A stretch of DNA of 64,000 nt from Nanobdellota archaeon (GCA_038046685.1 JBBSVT010000074.1:389-64388), one strand, 5' to 3'; positions 29,169-38,594 are shown, numbered from the stretch's first letter. Program-made: numbers and translations. The notes: a model not told the origin generated them from the sequence alone.

Positions 29169-29708
29169 ATGTTACAAAAAGATAACAGGTATAAAATATT
29201 AAGATTGTTCTTTGAAGATCCATCACCGAAAGGCATAGGCTTTCAACTTAGGGAAATAAGCAGAAAAGTAGCTATTGCACCTCCATCTGTAAAAAAGTAT
29301 CTAACGGAAATTGAAAAAGAAGGGCTCATAACCAAAGTAAAGCATAGGATTCACGGATATCCTGTTTACTATGCTAATAGGAACAATGATAACTTTAAAT
29401 TTCTTAAGAGATTGGATACGTTAATGAAAATAAAGGAATCCGGGTTAGTAGACTATCTATCAGAAAGTTGTATGCCTGACGTCATCATACTTTTTGGCTC
29501 GTCTGCAAGTGGAGAAGACTTAAAAGATAGTGATATTGACTTATTTATTGCGTCAAAAGATGAAAAACTTAGCTTGGACAAGTTTGAAAGATATCTTAAC
29601 AGGAAAATTAATATATTGTTTAGTGACAGTTTTGGCAAAATGAGCAAAGAACTAAAAAATAACATAATTAATGGTATAATATTAAAGGGCTATTTGAAGG
29701 TTTTTTAA
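29169..29708 (+). CDS. wHTH-minimal nucleotidyltransferase (MNT) antitoxin
   Basis: LREISRKVAIAPPSVKKYL HTH; LFGSSASGEDLKDSDIDL NTase motif. Confidence 0.9.
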   Translation: MLQKDNRYKILRLFFEDPSPKGIGFQLREISRKVAIAPPSVKKYLTEIEKEGLITKVKHRIHGYPVYYANRNNDNFKFLKRLDTLMKIKESGLVDYLSESCMPDVIILFGSSASGEDLKDSDIDLFIASKDEKLSLDKFERYLNRKINILFSDSFGKMSKELKNNIINGIILKGYLKVF

Positions 29709-29709
29709 A

Positions 29710-30124
29710 ATGGAAGAAGACTTAATAAAAATAACGCCGAATAAGGAAAAAGCGCACTCTATTTTTAAAATGGTAGAGATAACTCTTGAAATGATAAAGC
29801 AAATAGACAAAAGCAAATTCCCATCAAATATCACAAAAGAATATTATGAAGTAGTAAGGGAGTTGATAAGTATAATTCTGTTGCTGGATGGATACAAAAC
29901 AATGGGTGAAGGAGCACACAAAAGGCAGATAGAGTATTTGGAGGCAAACTATAAAGACTTTAGTAAACATGAGACTGCTTTCATAGATGATTTGAGAGTG
30001 ACAAGGAATTAAATAGCATATGACGGCTTCTTTGTTAAAGAAAGTTATATTGAAAGAAAACTGGTAGATATTCAAAGTATTATAAAAAAAATTGAAAGAG
30101 ATTGTAAAAAATAAGTTGAATTAA
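29710..30124 (+). pseudogene. HEPN-domain toxin interrupted by TAA within its RN-x3-Y motif
   Basis: YYE..RE...GYK...AH; LRVTRN-TAA(30010-12)-IAYDGF continues in frame; probable additional +1 in A-run near 30084-30091. Confidence 0.8.
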
Positions 30125-30157
30125 TTTTTCGCACCAAGAGATTATCGGAACAGCGTT

Positions 30158-31159
30158 TTACTGTAAACTTAATATTTTTTCAAGAAGAGGAAATTCCCTA
30201 TAGGCTTGGTTGTAAGTGCCAGAACCAAAATGACCTTGGGCGTGAAGGATAGTAAGTACTCCACCTATCTTATCAAACATATATTTTCCCTCTTCAGCAT
30301 TACAACCCCAAGGGTCATCATCGGAATTGATGAAAATTATTTGCCCCACGTGATACCTGATTTTAACCCAGTCATATTCCTCTTGTAATAAATTTAGTAG
30401 TGGGCTACCTTCGTAACGTCTTGCAATACCTGCAACTAAAACTGCCATGTGGATTTTAACATTAATATTTTGTAAAATGCTCAATGTCAAGGGGCAACCT
30501 GCAGAATGGGCAATAATTGTTGTATGTTCGCTAAATCTTCCATTTTGGAGCACAAACGGTAATTGTATGTTTAAATAAGGCGGTTGATTAAGGTCTGGAA
30601 GTTGTGGTGCCCATACTACATACTTATTACTTTCAAGAAATCTTTTAATGCTTGGAAACCAATAAGAGTCAGGTGTTTCAAAACTTCCATGAAGCATTAT
30701 AGCATTTTTCTTTCCTAATGCTTGAAAAAGATGCCACTTGTTTTCTCGGTAGATAGAGGTTATTCCCAAAAAAACTTCCTGGGTAATTGTAAACACATAG
30801 TTGATAAAAAATTCTGATGCACTGATAAATTGGCTAAAAATTTGCAAAAATGGTAACAGATATTGGTAAGAGCTCAATTTAAGATGTATCTGCTTGTCTC
30901 TTTTAATTTTTAGAATAGACTCGTCAAAGCGATATAAAACATAGTCAATTCCTTTATTATCCTCTTCACTAAGTAGCTTTAAAAGTTTATGAAATCTGGA
31001 ATAATGAGATTCATAATACAAGAAAGTTCGTAACAGGATTCTTGTGGGCAAGTCATTTTGCGCTAATTGAGCCAGTTTCTTTAGTTCACCTAGTGACTCC
31101 AATAACCTTTGGTAAGCATCGCTAAAATCTCTAATGACCGTAAATTTTTCCTCATTCAT
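30158..31159 (-). CDS. Alpha/beta hydrolase (YdeN/RBBP9 family) with long helical N-terminal extension
   Basis: MLHGS, YWFP, AHSAG nucleophile elbow, SDDDPW, GHF. Confidence 0.85.
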   Translation of the reverse strand: MNEEKFTVIRDFSDAYQRLLESLGELKKLAQLAQNDLPTRILLRTFLYYESHYSRFHKLLKLLSEEDNKGIDYVLYRFDESILKIKRDKQIHLKLSSYQYLLPFLQIFSQFISASEFFINYVFTITQEVFLGITSIYRENKWHLFQALGKKNAIMLHGSFETPDSYWFPSIKRFLESNKYVVWAPQLPDLNQPPYLNIQLPFVLQNGRFSEHTTIIAHSAGCPLTLSILQNINVKIHMAVLVAGIARRYEGSPLLNLLQEEYDWVKIRYHVGQIIFINSDDDPWGCNAEEGKYMFDKIGGVLTILHAQGHFGSGTYNQAYREFPLLEKILSLQ

Positions 31160-31238
31160 TTATCTCACTCTAAGATTAGCGACAGTACCTGTTTTCATAT
31201 TTTTTGTGTTTCTACTTACAACAAAAACCAAAATCATC

Positions 31239-32030
31239 TTATTCTGTTGTTTTGCTTAATCTAAAAATCATGTACGAGCCTAAAAGGAAAAGTGGAATGC
31301 TCAGAAGCTGCCCCATTGTGAAATAATGAAATATTAATCCAATCTGCTCATCCGGTTGCCTGAAGAACTCTACCATAGTCCTAAACAATCCATACAAGGC
31401 TACAAAACTCCAGAACATAAAGCCCCTAGGCAATTTCTTGTCCTTGATAAGCCACAAGGCAGCAAAAACTGCAAGATTCTTAATGGATTCATAAATCTGG
31501 GAAGGATGTCTGCAGCCACTGGGCAAATTTTGCACAAATTGATTTTTTGAGTAGTCTATGCACCAGCTTAAATCAGTTACTCTTCCATAAAGCTCAGCAT
31601 TCATGAAATTGCCGAGCCTTCCCAGAGCCAATGCCAGAGCGACAGGAACAACTGCTATGTCTGCCAAATCATAAAATTCTATTTTCTTTCTCCTGCAAAA
31701 CAAAAAACCAGAGGCTATTGCGCCTATCAAACCCCCATGAAAGCTTAAGCCGCCATGCCAGACTGCAAATATTTCCAGAGGATTTTGAAGATAATAGAGC
31801 GGGTTGTAAAAAATAACATAAATAAGTCTTGCGCCCAAAACAATTCCAAAAATCTCATAAACCAATAAATCTGAAGCATCATCTTTTGTTATGCCTAATC
31901 CCTTTCTTTTTGCAAGATAAGCAATTAAAAAATAGGCGATTATGAAACCGAAAGCATAAAATAAGCCATAGTACCTAATTTGAAAAGGGCCGAGTTCAAG
32001 CAATACCGGATTTAGATTGTGATAAAACAT
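31239..32030 (-). CDS. lgt: Prolipoprotein diacylglyceryl transferase
   Basis: IRYYG, GARL.YV, GGLSFHGG, GRLGNFMNAELYGR, HPSQIYE, EFFRQPD, TMGQLLS. Confidence 0.95.
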   Translation of the reverse strand: MFYHNLNPVLLELGPFQIRYYGLFYAFGFIIAYFLIAYLAKRKGLGITKDDASDLLVYEIFGIVLGARLIYVIFYNPLYYLQNPLEIFAVWHGGLSFHGGLIGAIASGFLFCRRKKIEFYDLADIAVVPVALALALGRLGNFMNAELYGRVTDLSWCIDYSKNQFVQNLPSGCRHPSQIYESIKNLAVFAALWLIKDKKLPRGFMFWSFVALYGLFRTMVEFFRQPDEQIGLIFHYFTMGQLLSIPLFLLGSYMIFRLSKTTE

Positions 32031-32046
32031 TTTATTGATTAATAGG

Positions 32047-32880
32047 CTAATGAATCTTTTGCATATCCTCTCTTATCAATTCATAAAATGAAATCCTGTT
32101 GATTAAGATTATCCAATATAAGACGAAATCAAAAGCAATAATAGCTATTTGTTTGAAATAAGCATAGGCAATTAGATAATTGCCATAATTTTTGGAAGTA
32201 GCCATTCGTAATAAATACCCGCTGCCAAAGAATAAAAGCAGCAAGAGCAAAGCCGACAAAATCATTACAAGAATTGTTTCTCTGTATAACCTTATTCCTG
32301 TAAATGCCAGCTTAAAACTATCCTTGACGGATTGTTTTATTGAAGCCCCTTCATAAAATAGCGAATGTGATGCGTTAGTAATGATATAAAGAAGCAATAA
32401 GTATGGAATTGCCAAAAAAATAAAAGTGTATGGGGCATATTCCTGCTTTATGCTTTCCAATATAAAGCTAGCCATCAGCAATATTCCAAGGAATATGCCA
32501 CCTATTATGATGTTTAATATATAAAACTGCCCAAGCCGTCTAAATGTAAATTCTGTTTTATGGAATAGTGATTTTATAAAATCCAGCAGGCAATATTTAA
32601 AGAAAGAGTAGGAAAATAGGATTAGCAAATAATAAGCCAAGACAAATATAAGCATTATAATGACCCAAGCCCGCGTACTTGGCTGCCCAGGAATTGTCCC
32701 TAAATAACTTCCTAAAGTCTTGAAACCAAAAAGAGAAAGGATAAACATTGCATCAAACAAAATCATCAAGCCAGTTTTACCGGGGTTTGATTTTGCAAGC
32801 TTAAGGCTTTTAATGAACAACCATTCTTTATTTGGATCCGCTTTGTGAACTATATTTTTTGGCTTCATCCGGGAAAACAA
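32047..32880 (-). CDS. Multi-pass membrane protein
   Basis: About six hydrophobic helices; start possibly ATG 32868. Confidence 0.7.
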   Translation of the reverse strand: MFSRMKPKNIVHKADPNKEWLFIKSLKLAKSNPGKTGLMILFDAMFILSLFGFKTLGSYLGTIPGQPSTRAWVIIMLIFVLAYYLLILFSYSFFKYCLLDFIKSLFHKTEFTFRRLGQFYILNIIIGGIFLGILLMASFILESIKQEYAPYTFIFLAIPYLLLLYIITNASHSLFYEGASIKQSVKDSFKLAFTGIRLYRETILVMILSALLLLLLFFGSGYLLRMATSKNYGNYLIAYAYFKQIAIIAFDFVLYWIILINRISFYELIREDMQKIH

Positions 32881-32902
32881 AGCAGAGTAGTATATAAAGG
32901 TT

Positions 32903-33595
32903 TTATTTTTTGTATTTTGTGGTTTTTATTAGCTGGTCTTTTTTCTTGAGCTCTGCCATTCGTTTTTCTGCAATTTTAAGCAATTCTTTTGTCACTTTTT
33001 TAGGAATATCAATCCTGTAATTTTCCATTAATTCAGTAAAAAAATCGTAAAGTAGTAGTGGAAAAGCTGCGATACCAATCTTAATTTGCATAGAAGTTTC
33101 ATTTAAGATAATGCCCCAATTGACATTAAATTTTTTAATTAGTTCAGCAGCATCATCCCTGTCTTTTTCTCTTTCAGTGCATGATTTCATCATCAAAATA
33201 TCTTCGGGACTTGCTGTTTTTACCAAGAAATTTCCAAATTCGTGGATTTCTTTTATTCTTTTAAGAGTTTCTAAATGGATTTTAAACCCTATAACTTCGT
33301 TCAAAAAAAGATCAAACCTCGTATCCATTCCGTCCATAATAGTTGGCTTGACTTCCGCATCTTCCCTGAATATATTTCTTATATTCCTTCTTTCATCGAA
33401 TCCTGCATTAACAAGAACTTTTTTAACATCCTCTAAATCTTCTTTTTTTAAAAAAACCAAGTCAACATCTTTTGTTGTTATTTTAGCTCCGTAAAACATC
33501 ATTGCAGAGCCACCTATTGCCACACATTCCACTTTATTTTTTAACTGGCTGCCAATTATCTTAAAAAGTCCTATTTGTTCTTCAAGGTTTATCAT
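32903..33595 (-). CDS. Nucleotidyltransferase (DUF6036/AbiEii-like), putative type IV TA toxin
   Basis: IGGSAM, TKDVD, EDILMMK...REKDRDD; ATGA coupling to upstream gene. Confidence 0.82.
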   Translation of the reverse strand: MINLEEQIGLFKIIGSQLKNKVECVAIGGSAMMFYGAKITTKDVDLVFLKKEDLEDVKKVLVNAGFDERRNIRNIFREDAEVKPTIMDGMDTRFDLFLNEVIGFKIHLETLKRIKEIHEFGNFLVKTASPEDILMMKSCTEREKDRDDAAELIKKFNVNWGIILNETSMQIKIGIAAFPLLLYDFFTELMENYRIDIPKKVTKELLKIAEKRMAELKKKDQLIKTTKYKK

Positions 33596-34218
33596 TCTTT
33601 ATAAGCCTTTAAGTCTGCTTTGTTGAAAGGCAAGTGCACTTTCCATTCTTTTTCTATGTGTTTTAAGTCTTTTGTTTTTATATGTTTCACTATCTCTTTA
33701 TCTTTTACTTGGCTGTTCAGCAGAGCCTTTCTTGTTCTTTCATCCATGTGTTTGACTCTTATGATGCTTCTTGCAGTATCATATAATGCGCCTACTTTTC
33801 TGCCGACTAACTCTTGCGTTGCAAGTTGGCTCAGCCTTTGCCAATTTGTTACCCTGTTAAACAATGCTAATGATGACAGTATTGTCCTTAAGTCGCCTGT
33901 TTTAACCGATTTAACAATCATCTCTTCTGCAGTTGGCTTATGGTCATAAATTCTTTCAGCATATGGCGGATAAATTTTTATCTTGGAATGCTGGTTCAAA
34001 TATTCATAAAGTCCATTGTATCCAAGCTTTTTCACAATTAATGGAGCTATCTTGTACATTCTTATCTTTCTTTTTCCATACTTTGTTTCTACAAAGCCCT
34101 CTTTTCTTAGATTCCAAATGCGGTTAATGGCGGTTCTTCTATTTATGTTGAGGACCCTTGATACGCTATTAACCGTTTGCAATCCTTCAAGTTTCTTGGC
34201 AAGTTCAATTGAATCCAT
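33592..34218 (-). CDS. wHTH protein, putative AbiEi-like antitoxin/regulator
   Basis: N-terminal HTH VSRVLNINRRTAINRIWNLRKEG; coupled to nucleotidyltransferase; palindrome just upstream. Confidence 0.7.
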   Translation of the reverse strand: MDSIELAKKLEGLQTVNSVSRVLNINRRTAINRIWNLRKEGFVETKYGKRKIRMYKIAPLIVKKLGYNGLYEYLNQHSKIKIYPPYAERIYDHKPTAEEMIVKSVKTGDLRTILSSLALFNRVTNWQRLSQLATQELVGRKVGALYDTARSIIRVKHMDERTRKALLNSQVKDKEIVKHIKTKDLKHIEKEWKVHLPFNKADLKAYKE

Positions 34219-34365
34219 CTTACATCACTTAATTCAGTAAATTTTAATGATGTGAAAGAACTAATATTTAAAGTTTTCTATACTTAATCTCAAAAATAGG
34301 CAAAAACAAATTGCTGATAGAGATTATAACATGAAAATTTTCCAAACGTAATGATTTTAATCTAT

Positions 34366-36552
34366 TCAGCGAAAGCAATCAGCTATTCCATCTTTTAAAT
34401 TGTCTATGGTTATGGACTCATTTCTAAAATACTCTTGAAGTTTAGCAAAAATTCTTGTGTATAACTGCTGTAGATGTTTGTCACCAACTCTATCAGGATG
34501 AAATATTTTTGCTAATAGCCTGTAACTGAGAATGCTAATCCCATATTCTCTTTGCGTTTGTAATCTTTCTCGCTTTTCCTTATTCGCACTTGCCATCTCC
34601 AAAAATCTTTGCCTTATTGAAGGATGAGCATTCAAAGTTTCTAAAATAGGTTGCAAAATATCATGAATTAGAAGAAAAAAATTCTCGCTACCTCCAACAC
34701 AACCACTACTTGAAATTTCCCTTAGAAAATGCGCAAATTCATTAATACTTACGCTGTGGTTTCTGACATAGCGGCTTTTTATTTCTTCCCATTGTTGTTG
34801 TTTTTGCCTTAGTTCTGCAGAAGGTTGTACTGGTTCTGCCCCATCTGTTGCCTCTCTGTCTTCAGCCCCAGCTCCTGGCTGTGCTCTTCCTCTTGTACCC
34901 CCTTCACCAGCTCTTGACTTAGCTCTTTCGCTTGCTATTCTATGTTTCTCTTCGGCAATTTTTGTAAGTTCTAGAAGAATACGTAAACGAGGTTTAAAAG
35001 ATTCAAAATGTTCTATAACCGAATCGTTTTGCAAGAAATAATCCAACTCAGTCCAGTTGAAATCGATTAACAATTGAGCATACACCGATAATTCATTTCC
35101 TTGATCTACATTCAAAATATTTTGCCCTTCTCCCTGAACTAGATGTTTATTTACTTCATCAAATGGCAATGGTTCGCTCCTTAACATTGTAAACAAACTA
35201 TCAAAAAAAGAGACTATGCTCCGAGATTCTGCACTTTCTTCACCACCAACTCCTGCACCTCTTGTTTTTCTGATCAATTGTTCAGCTAATCTTCCCAATA
35301 GCGCAATTTGCTTTTCAATCTTTTCGGTTAGAGCTTTAATAATCAAATTTTCTATTTTATGATAGTAACTTAATTTTCTTGTATCTTCTATCTCTTTCTT
35401 ATATTTGCCCTTCACAAGCTCCCCTATATATTTTATCTCCAATAATGCTTCTATTTCTTTGGCTAAAATTTCTTCATGCTTTAATGCGTCAAAGCAAATA
35501 AAAATCAGATGAATTATACCGATTTTTCTTAGATCGTTTATTGTTGCACGGTCGATTCTTCTTATCTCATCTACAACTATTGATGTATACATTAAATTAT
35601 TATATTCCTCTTCATGCTGGCTTGTATTCTTATGTTGTTTGCAAAGCTTAAATATTATTAAGAAATCTCGCTCTATTTCTCTTAATTCCACAAGATACTT
35701 ATTTAAAGTTCTTTCTAATTTAACAAATCTTTCAAAAAGGTCGTGTTCACTTCTAATATCGTCAATAGCCGGATCTGTATAGAGATTAGGTGGCGATTTG
35801 CTGAACTCCTCAAAAATAGCCTGTTCTACATCTCCGGCCTCGAGTATTGCCTTTTTTTCCTTGTTGGTGGCATTTATTTCATCTATTGCTCTTTTTTTTT
35901 CCGCTTTTAACTTATCTATGTGGCCAATAATCTCCTCAACTTTCATTGGCTCCTTTTTTTTCCTTTTTTTCAATCTTCTACGCACAAAAAATCCGCCGGC
36001 AATTAATATTAAAATGCCAATGGCAATCAAAATTTTAACCCATGGCAAGCCTTCTGTTGTCCTGGAAATCCATGAAGGAGCAGGTGCTGAAGAGGGCGTA
36101 GTTGGTTGTGTTATTTCAGGAGAAGGGGCTGTAGGAAATCCTTCAGGAGAAATTCCCCCAGGAGTCGAAGATGGTGTTGCTTTAGGGGAGGGAGTTGTTA
36201 CAGAAGGTTTTGGTTCAGCTGGTGTTGGCGGAGTGACTTGCTTAGCTTCGATATCAATGGGGGATTTGACTGATATAGGGGCAAACAAGTCTTGGGCGTA
36301 AGAAGATACATCTGGAGGGCTTTTAACTTCAGGAAACTGAATGCCTTTAAATGTTTCTGTGATTGAGCTCAAGAACCCAGTGGCGGGAGCTTTCACATCT
36401 GGAAGCGTAAGACTATCAAAAAGGATTTTGAATATGATTATGGTCAGCACAGTCAATACCAAAGCCAATGTGAAGCGCCAAAATTTGTTTTTGATTCCTA
36501 TCATCCTAATAACCACCACCAAAACCAAAATATCAGGAAGTAAAATACCCAA
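34366..36552 (-). CDS. Membrane-anchored coiled-coil protein with Pro/Thr/Ser stalk and C-terminal J-domain-like motif
   Basis: TM - P/T/S linker - TM - basic stop-transfer - coiled coil - SYRLLAKIFHPDR; likely start ATG 36504 (ATGA overlap) or frameshift fusion with 36501-36890. Confidence 0.78.
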   Translation of the reverse strand: MGILLPDILVLVVVIRMIGIKNKFWRFTLALVLTVLTIIIFKILFDSLTLPDVKAPATGFLSSITETFKGIQFPEVKSPPDVSSYAQDLFAPISVKSPIDIEAKQVTPPTPAEPKPSVTTPSPKATPSSTPGGISPEGFPTAPSPEITQPTTPSSAPAPSWISRTTEGLPWVKILIAIGILILIAGGFFVRRRLKKRKKKEPMKVEEIIGHIDKLKAEKKRAIDEINATNKEKKAILEAGDVEQAIFEEFSKSPPNLYTDPAIDDIRSEHDLFERFVKLERTLNKYLVELREIERDFLIIFKLCKQHKNTSQHEEEYNNLMYTSIVVDEIRRIDRATINDLRKIGIIHLIFICFDALKHEEILAKEIEALLEIKYIGELVKGKYKKEIEDTRKLSYYHKIENLIIKALTEKIEKQIALLGRLAEQLIRKTRGAGVGGEESAESRSIVSFFDSLFTMLRSEPLPFDEVNKHLVQGEGQNILNVDQGNELSVYAQLLIDFNWTELDYFLQNDSVIEHFESFKPRLRILLELTKIAEEKHRIASERAKSRAGEGGTRGRAQPGAGAEDREATDGAEPVQPSAELRQKQQQWEEIKSRYVRNHSVSINEFAHFLREISSSGCVGGSENFFLLIHDILQPILETLNAHPSIRQRFLEMASANKEKRERLQTQREYGISILSYRLLAKIFHPDRVGDKHLQQLYTRIFAKLQEYFRNESITIDNLKDGIADCFR

Positions 36553-36890
36553 TGGATGAAAGGTAAGAATATAGTAACAGAAAAACCAGCTGCAACAAGC
36601 AGGAATGCTGTCATTGAACCGAGAGAAATAGCCATAATGCGTTCTGGCCTGTGCACTTCCTTGAATGAGTATCTGACTCCAATCATATAAATTATTATGA
36701 AAATCAATGCAAAGAAGAAAAAGTCTATGGTCTTTGAATAGGCCACATACTCCTCATTTTCAAAGAAATCGTTTATCTGGATTAAACCACCTAGGAAGGC
36801 ATCTGTCAAAGGTTTGGCATGCGCAATACCAGAAAGCAAAGCGAATACTAAAATTGTTGCAAATATTATTTTTATATTTGTTGTTTTCAT
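36501..36890 (-). CDS. Membrane protein, paralog of 36893-37399 (possibly N-terminal part of 34366 gene)
   Basis: QINDFFENEEYVAYSKTIDFFFFALIF near-identical to neighbour. Confidence 0.72.
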   Translation of the reverse strand: MKTTNIKIIFATILVFALLSGIAHAKPLTDAFLGGLIQINDFFENEEYVAYSKTIDFFFFALIFIIIYMIGVRYSFKEVHRPERIMAISLGSMTAFLLVAAGFSVTIFLPFIHWVFYFLIFWFWWWLLG

Positions 36891-36892
36891 GT

Positions 36893-37399
36893 TTATCCAA
36901 AATCTTCGGGAGCTAAACTTTCAAACAGCCCTTCAATCAAAAAAATCGCTATAAATGTAAAAAACAACGCTAAGACAAAGCGCAGGAATTTGCTTTCCAC
37001 ACCTTTAAACATAAGCCAAAACAAAAGAAAGATTAAGAGGTAGAGCAGAAGCGGGACATAAGGTATAAGAGATAGTAATGAGTAATCTTTCGACACCATC
37101 AAGAAAGCGCTCATTATTCCGAGCACAACTGCAATAGCCTTCTCAGGCTTATTAGCTTCTTTGAAAGCATACCTGACGCCTATAAGATAAATTGATATAA
37201 ACAGCAATGCAAAGAAGAAAAAGTCAATAGTTTTTGCATATGCCCCATATTGCTCTTTTTCAAAGAAATCATTGATTTGCATCAAGCCATTAGCGAAAGT
37301 ATCCGAAAAAGCATCCGAATGGGCCGCTGTTGAAAGCAATGATATTAGTGTAACTATCAAAATTCCCGCTTTAGTTAATTTTTTGTTTATCAGTTTCAT
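36893..37399 (-). CDS. Membrane protein with signal peptide and about four TMs
   Basis: QINDFFEKEQYGAYAKTIDFFFFALLF; tandem paralog. Confidence 0.78.
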   Translation of the reverse strand: MKLINKKLTKAGILIVTLISLLSTAAHSDAFSDTFANGLMQINDFFEKEQYGAYAKTIDFFFFALLFISIYLIGVRYAFKEANKPEKAIAVVLGIMSAFLMVSKDYSLLSLIPYVPLLLYLLIFLLFWLMFKGVESKFLRFVLALFFTFIAIFLIEGLFESLAPEDFG

Positions 37400-37511
37400 C
37401 TTGAGATATTTAAATATAAAAGGAACAATTTAAGTTTTCTGATGAAGAGTGTTTTCTATCTGGTACATACAGCGAAAGATATTGGTTATGGAAAAAAAAC
37501 GAAAACCTTTT

Positions 37512-37624
37512 ATAATCAAGATTGTTAGCCCTTATTGTGATGGGTGCTACGCTGATTGTGAGAAAGCATATGCTAGGCTCGCTGTAGGTGTATATTACGT
37601 TGCTGTGCAACGTCCCTTGATTAT
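37512..37624 (-). ncRNA. Candidate structured RNA directly downstream of DUF3800-like gene
   Basis: 9-bp closing stem ATAATCAAG/CTTGATTAT, perfect hairpin ACGTTGC-N3-GCAACGT, AGC-ATAT-GCT and TAGC(A)CCC/GGGCTA stems; GC-richer than flanks. Confidence 0.6.
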
Positions 37625-37633
37625 TACTTTTTT

Positions 37634-38071
37634 TCATAGCAAACTTTCAACCTCCTTTTTAGTTACGATTTTATTTGGAGCTAACTTTCCAGTAAAGGTT
37701 TGATATGCAATTCTATGGGCATTTGAATTCTTGCCAATTCTGGAAAATATAATTAAATTTTTGTCAAAATCAAAATATTCTTTCCTTATGAATCCTAGAA
37801 GATGTTTCTTAATGTCTGCTTCCCTTCTTTCATATTCTACATCTATAACTATCAATTGTATCCTATGAAGGTGATTTCTTATACAGTAAAAAATCAAAAT
37901 GGCAAATAATCTGTAATGGATATCTACGTGCTTGTTTCTGTATTCTGTTAAAATTTCCACTTTTATTTTTTTCTTCAGCAAAACTGAGTATTGCTCATCG
38001 TTCCTAAAAGCTACAACTGAATCTATATCAGTTTGTTCTATTTTTCCACTTTGGTCAACTTCAATTTTCAA
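37634..38071 (-). CDS. DUF3800-like RNase H-fold protein
   Basis: N-terminal IEVDQSGK (xDESG-like), IVIDVEY, C-terminal SNAHRIAY; TTG start 1 nt after upstream stop. Confidence 0.65.
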   Translation of the reverse strand: MKIEVDQSGKIEQTDIDSVVAFRNDEQYSVLLKKKIKVEILTEYRNKHVDIHYRLFAILIFYCIRNHLHRIQLIVIDVEYERREADIKKHLLGFIRKEYFDFDKNLIIFSRIGKNSNAHRIAYQTFTGKLAPNKIVTKKEVESLL

Positions 38072-38072
38072 C

Positions 38073-38594
38073 TTAAAACCTCGAAATGCAGTTTTTTATT
38101 ATTTCAACCAGCTTTTCCTCTCCGAACAAAACAGCGCCATTTTTCAGAATCTGAATAGCTTGAGAATCCTTTTTTCTCAACAAATCAATAATTTCATCTT
38201 CTGATTTAAGGATGACATCAATATTTGGGGTTATTGCATCAGGAAATGCCCCATTGTCAGTTATCAGAAGCAAACTTTTTTTATCAAGAATGGCAGCTTT
38301 GGCTTGTTTTAAATTCCCAATATTTGCTGTTTCAGTTTTTTCTTCAGAGTAAAGCAGGACAATTTTAGCCAAATGCTCAGCTATTCTGTTTTCAAAATTG
38401 ATTGAATAAAACAGGCCGGTTCCAAGTTTTTGTCCGGCAACGATGTTCTGTTTTTCCAGCTTTTTAAGAATGTTGAAAACTCCCGCCGGGCTAAAGCTAA
38501 GCCTATGCGCAATATTCCTAATAGTAAGCTTTTCAGTGAAATTCCTGACTAAAAAATTCAATACGCTAAATTCGTTGTCCGATAAAGAGAGCAT
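38073..38594 (-). CDS. wHTH transcriptional regulator with degenerate MNT-like C-terminus
   Basis: LTIRNIAHRLSFSPAGVFNILKKLE; C-terminal ILKNGAVLFGEE typical of wHTH-MNT proteins but lacking GS/DxD. Confidence 0.75.
   Translation of the reverse strand: MLSLSDNEFSVLNFLVRNFTEKLTIRNIAHRLSFSPAGVFNILKKLEKQNIVAGQKLGTGLFYSINFENRIAEHLAKIVLLYSEEKTETANIGNLKQAKAAILDKKSLLLITDNGAFPDAITPNIDVILKSEDEIIDLLRKKDSQAIQILKNGAVLFGEEKLVEIIKNCISRF

Noticed and set aside
6067-30012. Stop-codon reassignment suggested by in-frame TAA in VapC and HEPN genes
   Set aside because: TAA, TGA and TAG all terminate conserved housekeeping genes at expected lengths; the other broken toxins have frameshifts or deletions, so decay is simpler
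37410-37703. Short ORFs 37410-37637 (-) and 37449-37703 (+)
   Set aside because: No protein-like features; overlap the candidate structured RNA and the DUF3800-like gene
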